This document shows, piece after piece, positions 45,388-55,840 of a DNA stretch of 64,000 nucleotides. Origin of the DNA: an uncultured Alphaproteobacteria bacterium (lineage in GTDB: Bacteria > Pseudomonadota > Alphaproteobacteria > HIMB59 > GCA-002718135); contig CACLJX010000001.1 in the NCBI GenBank assembly GCA_902607435.1, positions 10,899 through 74,898 of the forward strand, read 5' to 3'. The first letter of the stretch is position 1. Every line of letters begins with the position of its first letter. The position numbers and the translations under genes were made by a program. The notes under the pieces were generated by a model that searched no databases, had not been told where the DNA came from, and worked only from the letters and a program-made list of their open reading frames with translations.

Positions 45388-46079
45388 AAAAAATCTTGTG
45401 GAATCCTGTTAATTTCTTCTATTTGACCTGGATTTTGTTTTGTTAATTTAATTGATCCATATTGCAGTCTTATAAGTTTAACAATAGTCCACTTATAAAA
45501 TTCACAAATATTTCGTATTTCTCTATTTTTTCCTTCATGTAATTTGAATATTAACCAGCAGTGTTGATCTTTTATTTTTTCAATCTTTGCTTTTATTTTG
45601 CCGTAAAATATTCCTTTAATGGATATTCCTAAATTTATTTTTTTTATTGAATTCACTTTGACTTCACCCTTTATACAAACCCTGTAAACTCTAAGAATAT
45701 TTGAAAAAGGAAGTTCTAATTTTCTAGCAAAATCTCCATTGTTTGTTAATAAAATTAAACCTTCGCTCATGAAATCTAATCTTCCAATAGAAATTAGCCT
45801 CGGTAAGTTTTTTGGCAAAATATCAAATATAGTTTTTCTTTTTTTTGGATCTTTATTGGAGCATATAACTTTAATTGGTTTATAAAATTTCCATAATTTG
45901 ATTTTTAATTCAAGTTTTAATATTTTACCACAAACTAAAATTTTATCTTTATAAGAAACATTAGTACCTGGTATTGTACAAAGTTTGCTATTAATATAAA
46001 CCTTTTTATCTAATATAAGCTTCTCTGCATCTCTTCTTGAACAATATCCAGCATTAGAAATATATTTTGCAATTCTCAT
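45384..46079 (-). CDS. RsuA/RluB-family rRNA pseudouridine synthase
   Basis: N-terminal S4 domain (RIAKYISNAGYCSRRDAEKLI) and catalytic GRLDFMSEGLILLTNNG. Confidence 0.85.
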   Translation of the reverse strand: MRIAKYISNAGYCSRRDAEKLILDKKVYINSKLCTIPGTNVSYKDKILVCGKILKLELKIKLWKFYKPIKVICSNKDPKKRKTIFDILPKNLPRLISIGRLDFMSEGLILLTNNGDFARKLELPFSNILRVYRVCIKGEVKVNSIKKINLGISIKGIFYGKIKAKIEKIKDQHCWLIFKLHEGKNREIRNICEFYKWTIVKLIRLQYGSIKLTKQNPGQIEEINRIPQDFL

Positions 46080-46084
46080 AGTAA

Positions 46085-46792
46085 TTAGAGAGTATTTTTA
46101 ATAAAGTCAGTTATAATTAATTTGTCAGCTTCAGTAATTAAGAACTCAGGATGCCATTGTATCCCTAAGCACCATTTATGATTTATGTGTTCTACTGATT
46201 CAATAATTCCATCTTTTGATTTTCCATTAATAATTAAATTTTTACCTAGCTTATCAACAGCTTGATGGTGAGCACTGTTAACCATAATACTTGATTGGTG
46301 AATTATACTATGAAGTTTAGTTTGAGATACAATAAAAACCTCATGACTTGTTTCATTACGAGGATTAGATTGTTCATGATCTAAAGTTTTATAATTTAAA
46401 CTATTAATATCTTGTATAAGTGTGCCTCCTAAATATACATTAAGTAGTTGTTCTCCTCCACATATACCCAGTATGGGAATATTTTTTTCTAAACCTAATT
46501 TACACAATTGTATTTCAAAGGCAGTTCTAATATTTTTTTCATTTCTAGAATTGATATTTTTTTTGCCATAAATTGAAGGTTTAATATCAAAATTTCCTCC
46601 AGTGATAATTATACCATCTATAAAACTTGCAATATCATTAATAGAATTTAATGAATGAGATAATGGAAACGGAATGGCACCTAATTCTTCAATTGAATGA
46701 AGATAATTTTGTCTTATAGCATACCAAGGGAATTTTGAATAATGCCCTGATTCTTCACTATCTAGAGTAATTCCAATAATTGGTTTTTTCAT
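46085..46792 (-). CDS. class I glutamine amidotransferase / gamma-glutamyl-GABA hydrolase-like (peptidase C26)
   Basis: GICGGEQ nucleophile region, HH...WHPE catalytic His/Glu region. Confidence 0.75.
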   Translation of the reverse strand: MKKPIIGITLDSEESGHYSKFPWYAIRQNYLHSIEELGAIPFPLSHSLNSINDIASFIDGIIITGGNFDIKPSIYGKKNINSRNEKNIRTAFEIQLCKLGLEKNIPILGICGGEQLLNVYLGGTLIQDINSLNYKTLDHEQSNPRNETSHEVFIVSQTKLHSIIHQSSIMVNSAHHQAVDKLGKNLIINGKSKDGIIESVEHINHKWCLGIQWHPEFLITEADKLIITDFIKNTL

Positions 46793-46836
46793 TACAATCT
46801 ATGTTATTAATAATTTATTAATTTCTATTATATTCT

Positions 46837-47304
46837 ATGAATACAAATTATTATATGGATTTAGCTATTGAGCAGGCAAAAAAAGGCCTTCAAGTTAATG
46901 AAGTGCCTGTTGGAGCAGTATTAGTTGATGATATAAAAGAAAATATTATAGCTTCATTTCATAATGAAATTATCAAACAAAATAATCCTATTAAGCATGC
47001 AGAAATTCTGGTTATTGAAAAAGCATGTAAATTAAAAAATAGCAGATATCTAAATAATACTTCAATTTTTATTACTCTTGAACCATGCGCAATGTGTGCT
47101 TCAGCAATTAGTTATGCAAGGATAGATAAATTATATTTTGGAGCATATGATGAAAAAAAAGGAGCAGTAGAAAGTGCAATAAATTTTAATCATAACAATT
47201 ATTATGTTCCTGAAATTTATGGCGGTATAAAAGAAATTGAGTGTTCATTATTATTAAAAAGTTTTTTTAATTTATTAAGAAAAAACGATGTCAAAAAAAC
47301 ATAA
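46837..47304 (+). CDS. tadA: tRNA-specific adenosine deaminase
   Basis: HAE...PCAMCASAI zinc motifs. 155 aa. Confidence 0.9.
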   Translation: MNTNYYMDLAIEQAKKGLQVNEVPVGAVLVDDIKENIIASFHNEIIKQNNPIKHAEILVIEKACKLKNSRYLNNTSIFITLEPCAMCASAISYARIDKLYFGAYDEKKGAVESAINFNHNNYYVPEIYGGIKEIECSLLLKSFFNLLRKNDVKKT

Positions 47305-48622
47305 TATTCCTGAATATTATATTTCAGAATTTAATAAAATAATTCGTGATGTAGTGGAATCAAATTTTGGTTATGTTCGTTTAAGAGGAGAAATTTCTGA
47401 AATTAGACCAGCTACAAAAGGGCAACTATACTTAACACTTAAAGATGATAATTCAATTCTTAGTGGAGTAGTGTGGGAAAGCAAAATCAAATATTTGAAG
47501 TTAAAGCCTGAGATAGGTGTTGAGGTTATAGCAACAGGAAAAATAACAACATGGTCTAGATATAAAACGACATATCAAATTGATATTGACAATTTAGAGT
47601 TAGCTGGAGAAGGAGCATTATTAAAGCTAATTGAAGACAGAAAAAAAAAACTTGCGTCCAAAGGAATTTTTGATGATAAATATAAAAAACAAATTCCTTT
47701 TCTACCTAATAAGGTAGGTGTAATCACATCTCCTACAGGATCGGTTATTCATGATATTATAAATAGAATTAATGAACGATTTCCAGTTCCAATTGACTTG
47801 TGGCCTGTATCTGTACAAGGGACTGAATCTGCTCAAACAATTATTAGAGCAATTAAAGGTTTTAATGATGTAAGTTATTTTAATAAACCTGATGTAATAA
47901 TAATCGCCAGAGGAGGTGGTAGTGTCGAAGATTTAATGACATTTAATGATGAAGAATTAGTAATGTCAGTTTTTGAATCAAAAATACCAATTGTATCAGC
48001 TATCGGGCATGAAACTGATACAACCATTATTGATTATGTTAGCGATCATAGAGCGCCAACACCAACTGCAGCAGCTGAAAAAATTGTTCCAGTTAGAGAT
48101 GAACTATTACATAAAATCAATTTTTGTTCAGAAAGATTCTTAAATTCTATGAAAAGAATTATGGTGCTGAAAGCAAATTTAATTTCAAATTTATCAAAAC
48201 TAATTCGAGAGCCTAGACTTATCTTAGATTCTTATAAAGGTCGGTTTTTAACTATTTCTAAAGATTTATACAATTCTTATTCTATTCTTAAAGAACAAAA
48301 AATTAATAATCTCGAAAAATTATATAGTAAATTAATTTCTCCTGAAAATATTTTAAAGATAAAGAATTTACAATATAATAATATTCACAAAAATTTAGAA
48401 TTCCAAATTAGTCAAAAAACTAATTTAACACGTTCAGGATTAAATAATCTCAAAAGATTACTTATTTCCAATTCGGTTAATAATAATTTAAAAAAAGGTT
48501 TTGTTATTTTAAAAAAATCAAACAAAATTATAAAAAAATCAAATCAATTGAACAAAATTGATAAAATTAAAATAAAATTTTTTGATAGCAACATCAACGT
48601 AAAATTGAAAAAACTTAATTAA
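47288..48622 (+). CDS. xseA: exodeoxyribonuclease VII large subunit
   Basis: N-terminal OB fold (VRLRGEISE...GQLYLTLKD), GVITSPTGSVIHD, ARGGGS. Confidence 0.9.
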   Translation: MSKKHNIPEYYISEFNKIIRDVVESNFGYVRLRGEISEIRPATKGQLYLTLKDDNSILSGVVWESKIKYLKLKPEIGVEVIATGKITTWSRYKTTYQIDIDNLELAGEGALLKLIEDRKKKLASKGIFDDKYKKQIPFLPNKVGVITSPTGSVIHDIINRINERFPVPIDLWPVSVQGTESAQTIIRAIKGFNDVSYFNKPDVIIIARGGGSVEDLMTFNDEELVMSVFESKIPIVSAIGHETDTTIIDYVSDHRAPTPTAAAEKIVPVRDELLHKINFCSERFLNSMKRIMVLKANLISNLSKLIREPRLILDSYKGRFLTISKDLYNSYSILKEQKINNLEKLYSKLISPENILKIKNLQYNNIHKNLEFQISQKTNLTRSGLNNLKRLLISNSVNNNLKKGFVILKKSNKIIKKSNQLNKIDKIKIKFFDSNINVKLKKLN

Positions 48623-49484
48623 ATCTGTTATGTTGCCAAAACCACTGCATAGGGTTTGTTTTTATCCATTGCTCAATTATTTTATGAATTTCAAGCATAG
48701 AATCTATATCGGTTTGATTTTTTTGAAAAGGATTGAAAGGTGGATGAATTATTATTGAAAAATTATTAATTTTTTTTCTAATAGTCTGGATAGGTACTAA
48801 ATTTAAATTATATTTTCTAGCAATTTTTAAAAAACCAACCTGCGTTTTAACATTTAAATTAAATAATTTTACTTTACTTCCTGCTGAATCTTTTTGATCA
48901 ACTAAGAGAAACATCGATAGTTTATTATTAATAGCTTTAAGAATATCTTGAGCGCTTTTTCTGCCTTTGGGTGTAAAAAAAGTTTTAGTTGTAGTTAATG
49001 TTTGTTTTCTTATTTTTAAAATGAATTGATCAATATATGAATTATTAATATGCCTATAAATGACCCCAACACTTATTCCAAATTTATCAAGTATTGGTAC
49101 TAATAATTCCCAATTTGCTTGATGTAGCCCAAAAAAAATTACTTGTTCATTATTATTTTTGATTTTTTGTAGAATTTCGATTCCTTTGATTTCAATTTTA
49201 TTATTTTTATCATCAAGTATTTTGTTTAAAATTGAAAATTCAATAAAAGTTTTACCTAAATTATCCCAGCTCTTCATCACATTTTTACTAATTTCTTTAT
49301 CATTTAAACTAAAAAATATTTTTTTATAATTAGATACAGCTATTTTGTGATGTTTTGTAAAAGTACCAAAAATTTGGAAAAGTATTCCTCCAAAATATGA
49401 AACAAAATTAATTGGTAAAAATTTTAGAATAAAAAAAAATATATATATAAAAAAAAACTCAATAGAATATCTTAATTTTTTCAT
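48615..49484 (-). CDS. lpxL: lipid A biosynthesis lauroyl/myristoyl acyltransferase (LpxL/HtrB family)
   Basis: 289 aa. HQANWE-type catalytic region (GLHQANWELL). Context with lpxK-waaA. Confidence 0.75.
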   Translation of the reverse strand: MKKLRYSIEFFFIYIFFFILKFLPINFVSYFGGILFQIFGTFTKHHKIAVSNYKKIFFSLNDKEISKNVMKSWDNLGKTFIEFSILNKILDDKNNKIEIKGIEILQKIKNNNEQVIFFGLHQANWELLVPILDKFGISVGVIYRHINNSYIDQFILKIRKQTLTTTKTFFTPKGRKSAQDILKAINNKLSMFLLVDQKDSAGSKVKLFNLNVKTQVGFLKIARKYNLNLVPIQTIRKKINNFSIIIHPPFNPFQKNQTDIDSMLEIHKIIEQWIKTNPMQWFWQHNRFN

Positions 49485-50488
49485 TTAATAGTTGTTTTGT
49501 CATTCATGAGTCTATCTTCAATAATACTTGATAAAATATCAGTTAGTAATTCTTCATTTTCAAAAACAATCTCACCATCGAGAGTATTGATAATAGATCT
49601 ATATGATTTTGGAATTCTTACAAAATCTTTTCTTGTAGTCACTAAAATAGATTTTGTTTTGTTAGCATTTTCAGCAAGTGCCAATAAATCATTTTCATTA
49701 TATATATGATGATCGGGATAAGAAATTTGTGTTACAATTTTTGCTCCTTGTTCTATTAATGAGTTAAAAAATTTTTCAGGATATGCTATTCCGGCGAAAG
49801 CAGTAATATTTTTACCTTTGTATATTTCATTTGTTACATTTATTGTAAAATTTGCTTTAAATATTGGGATTTGAGAAGGAATCATTTTTTCTAAATCACT
49901 GCTAATATTACCAATTACAATCACTAAATTTGTTCTTATGAGACCTCTTTTCACACTTTCCCTCAATGGACCAGAAGGCATCACTCTTTTATTTCCAAAT
50001 TCTTGTTCTCCATTTATTACAACTATTGAAAAATCTTTTCCAATTGATGGATTTTGAAAACCATCATCCATAATTAAACAATCGGCACCATTGTTTTTCG
50101 CAAGATGTGAAGATTTAATTCTGTCTTTACCAATCCATGTTGAAGCTACTTCAGATAATAGTAATGATTCATCTCCAACAGATTTGGGGGAATGCCAGGG
50201 TTCTACTAATGTACATTGTTTAATCATTCCAGCATAACCTCTAGCAATGAAATGAGGTTTATAACCAGCCTTAATTAATATTTTACCAATTTTTAATGAA
50301 ACAGGAGTTTTTCCTGCTCCACCTACAACTATATTGCCAATACAAATAATTGGAATAGGAGAAAGTTTTTTAATACTTAAAAAATTGCGCAACTTAGTAC
50401 CAAATCTAAAAAGCAATGAAAAAGGATATAAGGATGAGGAATAAAGAGTGTCTTTTTTTTTGTACCAAAATTTCGGGGCTTTTAACAT
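49481..50488 (-). CDS. lpxK: tetraacyldisaccharide 4'-kinase
   Basis: GNIVVGGAGKTP P-loop, RGY, DDGFQN. Confidence 0.9.
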   Translation of the reverse strand: MLKAPKFWYKKKDTLYSSSLYPFSLLFRFGTKLRNFLSIKKLSPIPIICIGNIVVGGAGKTPVSLKIGKILIKAGYKPHFIARGYAGMIKQCTLVEPWHSPKSVGDESLLLSEVASTWIGKDRIKSSHLAKNNGADCLIMDDGFQNPSIGKDFSIVVINGEQEFGNKRVMPSGPLRESVKRGLIRTNLVIVIGNISSDLEKMIPSQIPIFKANFTINVTNEIYKGKNITAFAGIAYPEKFFNSLIEQGAKIVTQISYPDHHIYNENDLLALAENANKTKSILVTTRKDFVRIPKSYRSIINTLDGEIVFENEELLTDILSSIIEDRLMNDKTTIK

Positions 50489-50490
50489 TA

Positions 50491-51735
50491 TTATACTCCG
50501 AGAATATTATTAATAGTGCTAAATAATTTTTCAGATTGAAAAAAATTTTTTTCAGAAAATTTTTTAGCTTTGTTTTTAATCATATTTAATTTTGCAGAAT
50601 TATTAAAAAGATCCAAAAGAAAATTCTCAATTTCAATAACGTTATTAAACATATAGCATGCTCCTGAATCAATCATGTCAACAAAAATATTTTCCCAATT
50701 ATAAATATATGGACCGGTTATAATAGCACAATTATTTTTTGCTGGTTCAAGAGGATTATGACCTCCCATTTTTATAAAAGAACCTCCAAGAATTACGACA
50801 TCACTTAAAGAAAAATATAATGGCATTTTACCAAATGAATCTACTATAAAAATATCTTCTTTAAAATTTTTGGAATCTTTGAAGTTTATGCATTTAATAT
50901 TTTTGTTTTTAAATAAAGTCATAATTTCATCAAGTCTTTCTGGATGTCGAGGGGCAATTATAATTTTTAGTTTGTTAATTTTAGATAAAGTATTTTTAAA
51001 TAATTCTAAAAATATTTTTTCTTCGTCTTGATGAGTACTTGCTAACATTAAAACCTTAAAATCGTTTAGATTATTTAGGAAATCACTAGAATCTGTTTTA
51101 ATATTATTTTTATCAATCGATGATAATTTCAGATTACCTATATAATTTACATTTCTATTTGATAAAAATTCAATTCTTTTTTTATCAAGTGGACTTTGAG
51201 CAAAAATTTCATCGAATGAACTAACTATATTTTTATAAAAAAATTTTATAAATTTCCATTTTTTATAAGATTGAGGAGAAATTCTGGAATTAACAAAAAC
51301 ACTTCTTATTGATTTCTTTTTCAATAAATTCAAAGTTATTGGCCATAAATCAGATTCTATCCATATACTTATATGAGGCTTCCATTTTTCTAAGAATCTA
51401 TTAACCCATTTATTAACATCAATAGGTGCATATTGATGAATAATTTTATTACCATAATTTTCTATTGCAAAATTTGCAGCACTCACTGTTGTTGTTGTGA
51501 CTAAAATATTATAATTTATATGTAATTTATTTATTAATATTGCTGCAGATTTAAATTCACCAACACTAGCAGCATGGATCCAAATAATTTTACCCTGAGG
51601 TTTAATTATTGATGAAATTCCATAACGTTCACGATATCTAATTTTATCTTCTTTTCCCCTTAATATTCTTAGATATAAATTAATTTTTATTAATGGAATA
51701 AGCAAAAAAATAAAAAATTGATAGAAAAATAACAT
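50491..51735 (-). CDS. waaA: 3-deoxy-D-manno-octulosonic acid (Kdo) transferase
   Basis: WIHAASVGE motif. 414 aa. Context. Confidence 0.88.
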   Translation of the reverse strand: MLFFYQFFIFLLIPLIKINLYLRILRGKEDKIRYRERYGISSIIKPQGKIIWIHAASVGEFKSAAILINKLHINYNILVTTTTVSAANFAIENYGNKIIHQYAPIDVNKWVNRFLEKWKPHISIWIESDLWPITLNLLKKKSIRSVFVNSRISPQSYKKWKFIKFFYKNIVSSFDEIFAQSPLDKKRIEFLSNRNVNYIGNLKLSSIDKNNIKTDSSDFLNNLNDFKVLMLASTHQDEEKIFLELFKNTLSKINKLKIIIAPRHPERLDEIMTLFKNKNIKCINFKDSKNFKEDIFIVDSFGKMPLYFSLSDVVILGGSFIKMGGHNPLEPAKNNCAIITGPYIYNWENIFVDMIDSGACYMFNNVIEIENFLLDLFNNSAKLNMIKNKAKKFSEKNFFQSEKLFSTINNILGV

Positions 51736-51738
51736 TAG

Positions 51739-52404
51739 TTAAATTTTACTTTTAGCTTTCATTATACTATCATCAATCATTTTTTTTAATAAATTTTGAT
51801 ATTTACTAATTTCATTATCTTTTAGATTTGCAGGAATATAAATTGGATTATTCCAAACAAAAAAACATTTAGAAAATGGTAGAGTTACTAAAAAAGAATC
51901 CCATGATTTTAGTTTAATATTTTTTGAAGACCAAAAGCCACAAGGAATAATAGGGATTTTTGTTGATTTAGCAATTTTGATTATACCTTCAGAAACTACT
52001 TCTTTTGGACCACGAGGTCCATCTGGAGTTAAGCCAACATATTCGTTCATTTTTAAAATATTAAAAATAGATCTAAGGATGAAACTATTGCCCTTTAATG
52101 AGGACGGGATATTATTTAGCTTGAAATATTTTCCTATAATTGCTCCAATTCTTCCATCACTGTGAGATGAGGCTAATATATTTATTTTTTTTTTAGATTG
52201 CCAACAGAAAGAAATCATCATTAATTGACTGTGCCAAAAAGCTAAAATAAATGGCTTATTATTTTTCCAAAATATTTTTGGAATGGATTGATTCTCAAAA
52301 TATATTGAGGATGTTGTTCTAACGATAGCAATATAAAATGCAGCAATTAATCCAATAATATTTTGGACTAAAAAATTTTTGAAAATTTTTTTTTTAATTT
52401 TCAT
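51739..52404 (-). CDS. DUF374 / lysophospholipid-acyltransferase-like protein
   Basis: FWHSQL, SSHSDG, TPDGPRGP motifs. Conserved position between msbA and waaA (from memory). Confidence 0.7.
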   Translation of the reverse strand: MKIKKKIFKNFLVQNIIGLIAAFYIAIVRTTSSIYFENQSIPKIFWKNNKPFILAFWHSQLMMISFCWQSKKKINILASSHSDGRIGAIIGKYFKLNNIPSSLKGNSFILRSIFNILKMNEYVGLTPDGPRGPKEVVSEGIIKIAKSTKIPIIPCGFWSSKNIKLKSWDSFLVTLPFSKCFFVWNNPIYIPANLKDNEISKYQNLLKKMIDDSIMKAKSKI

Positions 52405-54160
52405 TATTTAACTGTCCTGTTAAGTGGAGTTGAGCATAAAGTTTATTCTTATCTATAAGTTCTTGATGAGTTCCTGAACCTTTAATTTTTCCTTTATCTA
52501 TTAGATAAATTAAATCAGCATCTTCGATAGTACTTAATCGATGAGCAATAACAAGAGATGTTCTATTTTTCATTAAAAGATTTATTGATTTTTGAATATT
52601 TTGTTCTGTTAAATTATCCAAGGATGAAGATGCTTCATCTAGAAAAAGTATCGGAGCATTTTTCAGCAAAGCTCTTGCAATAGCAATTCTTTGGCGCTGT
52701 CCTCCTGATAATTTTATTCCACTTTCGCCTATTATAGTAGAAAATTGATTTGGAAGTTCATTAATAAAATCAATAGCCCCAGCTTCTTTTGCAGCTTTTT
52801 CAACTTTCTCTCCTGAGGCATTTAAATTACCATATTTTATGTTTGACATTATTGTGTCGTTAAACAGCATTGTATCTTGAGTTACTAAGGCAATATTTTG
52901 TCTAAGTGAAGCTAGACTAACGTTGTTTATATTTTGTCCATCTATTAATATTTCACCTTTTTGATTATTAAAAAAACGAAGTATTAAATTAAAAATTGTT
53001 GATTTTCCTGCACCAGACCTACCTACAAAAGCAACTTTTTTACCAGCAGGAATTATAAGGTTCAAATCCTTAAAAACAATCTTTTCATTATATGCAAAAT
53101 CTAAGTTTGTAACTTCAATTTTTCCTTTTGTAACTTTTAAATCAATTTTTTTAAATTCATTTTTTTCAATATTTTTTTCTTCACTGTCTAGAAGTTCAAA
53201 AATTCGTTCTGCACTTGCTAGACCTTCTTGTATACTAATATTTAAATTTCCTAATGCCTTTACTGGTTGATATGCTAAAAGCAAACTAACAAGGAAACTC
53301 ATAAATTGTCCCGTAGACATATTTTCATTGAGAACAAATACTCCTCCAGCATATATGGAAAGAGCTATTGCTAAACTTCCAATAAATTCCATTAGAGGAC
53401 TTAAGCGATTACTTATGAAAGCTGATTTAATAAAGTAATCTTTAATTTTATCAATAATTGCAAAAGCTTTTTTTGTTTCGTGTTGTTCCTGGTTATATGC
53501 TTTTACTTGACGTATACCTCTAATACTTTCACCTAGTATATTAGAAAAAGATGCTATTTCATTTTGAATTTTGTATGTTATTTTTCTAATACTTTGACCA
53601 ATTTTTCTTATAGGCCATAGTGCTAAAGGGAAAGCAAAAAAAGCAAAAAAAGTTAATTGCCAACTTTGATAAAACATATTTCCAAGTAAAAAAATGATTA
53701 CTAAAAAATCTTTAACTACTCCTGTAACCGTTTTTACAATTGCCATTCGTAAAAAATATGTATCGTTAATCAGTCTAGAAATTAAATTACCTGATTTTGA
53801 ATCACCAAAATATTTTAAATTGAAGAACATTAGTTTACTAAACATTTCAGATTGAAGAGTAGCAATAATTTTGTGAGCAACTTTACTCATTTGAAATGAA
53901 TGTGAATATGTAGCAATACCCTTAAATAAAGTTGTGATAATGATAGCTATTGGAATTAATAATAACATCTCTTTATCACCTTTTATGAGTACATCATCTA
54001 AAGCCGGTCTAACTAACCAAGCATGTAAGCCAGTGGCTGCAGCAGAAATCATCATCATGATTAATGCAAAAAATATACTTAGTTTATGAGACAGTATATA
54101 ATTTGTGATTAATCGATTAGCGGTATTTTTTTTTAAAGTAGCATTTAACATCAAAGGCAA
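52394..54160 (-). CDS. msbA: lipid A export ABC transporter (fused permease/ATPase)
   Basis: Six-TM N-terminal domain plus ABC domain (GRSGAGKST, LSGGQRQR, LFLDEASS). Confidence 0.85.
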   Translation of the reverse strand: MPLMLNATLKKNTANRLITNYILSHKLSIFFALIMMMISAAATGLHAWLVRPALDDVLIKGDKEMLLLIPIAIIITTLFKGIATYSHSFQMSKVAHKIIATLQSEMFSKLMFFNLKYFGDSKSGNLISRLINDTYFLRMAIVKTVTGVVKDFLVIIFLLGNMFYQSWQLTFFAFFAFPLALWPIRKIGQSIRKITYKIQNEIASFSNILGESIRGIRQVKAYNQEQHETKKAFAIIDKIKDYFIKSAFISNRLSPLMEFIGSLAIALSIYAGGVFVLNENMSTGQFMSFLVSLLLAYQPVKALGNLNISIQEGLASAERIFELLDSEEKNIEKNEFKKIDLKVTKGKIEVTNLDFAYNEKIVFKDLNLIIPAGKKVAFVGRSGAGKSTIFNLILRFFNNQKGEILIDGQNINNVSLASLRQNIALVTQDTMLFNDTIMSNIKYGNLNASGEKVEKAAKEAGAIDFINELPNQFSTIIGESGIKLSGGQRQRIAIARALLKNAPILFLDEASSSLDNLTEQNIQKSINLLMKNRTSLVIAHRLSTIEDADLIYLIDKGKIKGSGTHQELIDKNKLYAQLHLTGQLNNEN

Positions 54161-55024
54161 TTAAAATATTAATAAATATATAAAGCAAAGTAATCCAAAA
54201 AAATTATTTATTCTAAAAAAATAATTTGAACTTTTTTTTGATTTAATATCCCATTTATTACAAAAATATACCATAGCAAACAAAAATAAAATAATGATGA
54301 AAATACTTGTTATTAGAGACGTTTTTTGGAAGCCTATATACCCAGTGGTGATTAAAAAAATTGTGTAGAAAATCATAACAAATATTTTTCCATTATTTCC
54401 AAATAATACAGCTGTTGATTTAATATTATTTTTTATATCATCCTCTCGATCTTGATAGGCATATATTGTGTCATAAGCCATTGTCCAAAAAATACAGCCT
54501 ATATATAAAATAATAAAAGATATTGATAAATAATTATTAAACTGCATTGAAACTATTAATACACCCCAGCTAAATATAATGCCTAAAAATAATTGAGGCC
54601 AATAAGTATAACGTTTCATAAATGGATATAAAATTACTAAAGGTAAAGATAAAATACCTAGCATAATGGACTTAGTGTTAAATTGTAGCAATATTAAAAA
54701 AGCTAACAATAACAAAATAAACAAAAAAATTATAGCTTCTAAGATTGAAATTTCTTTTGTAACTAAAGGTCTTGAGTTTGTTCTTTCAATATTTTTATCA
54801 AGATTAATATCAATAATGTCATTAACAATGCATCCAGCACTTCGCATTATAAAAGAACCCATGAAAAAAAGAATATACCAATTTATAAGATCTATCTGGT
54901 TAATTGAAAGAGTAGCGAGACCAAACCAACAGGGCCACATTAAGAGAGAGAATCCTGTAGGTTTATTAAAACGAATTAGATCAAGTAAAGATTTGATTTT
55001 TCTTGGAAGCAATATATCCAGCAT
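54161..55024 (-). CDS. ubiA: 4-hydroxybenzoate polyprenyltransferase
   Basis: RFNKPTG...WPC, NDIIDINLD...R motif, YAYQDREDD. Confidence 0.88.
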   Translation of the reverse strand: MLDILLPRKIKSLLDLIRFNKPTGFSLLMWPCWFGLATLSINQIDLINWYILFFMGSFIMRSAGCIVNDIIDINLDKNIERTNSRPLVTKEISILEAIIFLFILLLLAFLILLQFNTKSIMLGILSLPLVILYPFMKRYTYWPQLFLGIIFSWGVLIVSMQFNNYLSISFIILYIGCIFWTMAYDTIYAYQDREDDIKNNIKSTAVLFGNNGKIFVMIFYTIFLITTGYIGFQKTSLITSIFIIILFLFAMVYFCNKWDIKSKKSSNYFFRINNFFGLLCFIYLLIF

Positions 55025-55058
55025 TATATAAATGACAAAAACATATTATATTAAATAA

Positions 55059-55793
55059 ATGAAAAAGTCTAAGACACGTATTTTTGTAAGTAAAACCATA
55101 ACATCTAATTTGATGATACATATAAAACATAAGCAACATCATTTTCTAAAAAATGTACTTCGAATTAAAATTAATGATCTAATAAATATTTTTGATGGTA
55201 AAACGGGGGAGTGGAAAACTAAGGTTATATCTGTAAACAGAGATAAAACAATTTTACATGTAATTGAGAATATTAAAAAAATGATTCATTCACCTGATAT
55301 ATTATTAGTTTTTGTTCCAATTAAACAGCATCGAATGAATATAGCTATTCAAAAAGCAACAGAATTAGGAGTTTCAAAAATTATTCCATGTATTGCACAA
55401 TATGCCAATGTAAGAAATATCAATATTAAAAATTTACAAATCAATGCCATTGAAGCTGCTGAACAATCTGACCGCTTAGATGTCCCAATAATTGAAAAGC
55501 CTGTTAATCTTAAATCATTATTGACAGAATGGCCTGAAGATAGAAAAATTATTTATTGTGATGAAAAAATTCGTAATGGTAAAGAAATCATATCTTTGTT
55601 ACTTCCTTTAAAAGATTACAATTATAAATGGGCAGTACTCGTAGGACCTGAAGGAGGATTTTCAGATACAGAAAAGGAATTAATAACAAAGAAAAAATAT
55701 GTAATACCGGTTTCTTTAGGAGATAGGCCACTTCGTGCTGATACAGCAATTACTGTTTCTTTATTTTGTATTAATAAACTTTTAGATAAATAA
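55059..55793 (+). CDS. rsmE: 16S rRNA (uracil1498-N3)-methyltransferase
   Basis: PUA-like N-terminus (HHFLKNVLRIK) and a SPOUT C-terminus (GPEGGFS...LGDRPLRADTA). Confidence 0.85.
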   Translation: MKKSKTRIFVSKTITSNLMIHIKHKQHHFLKNVLRIKINDLINIFDGKTGEWKTKVISVNRDKTILHVIENIKKMIHSPDILLVFVPIKQHRMNIAIQKATELGVSKIIPCIAQYANVRNINIKNLQINAIEAAEQSDRLDVPIIEKPVNLKSLLTEWPEDRKIIYCDEKIRNGKEIISLLLPLKDYNYKWAVLVGPEGGFSDTEKELITKKKYVIPVSLGDRPLRADTAITVSLFCINKLLDK

Positions 55794-55840
55794 ATTTATT
55801 TCATAAATAGAGGATTTGATTTATAAATAATTCTAGTATT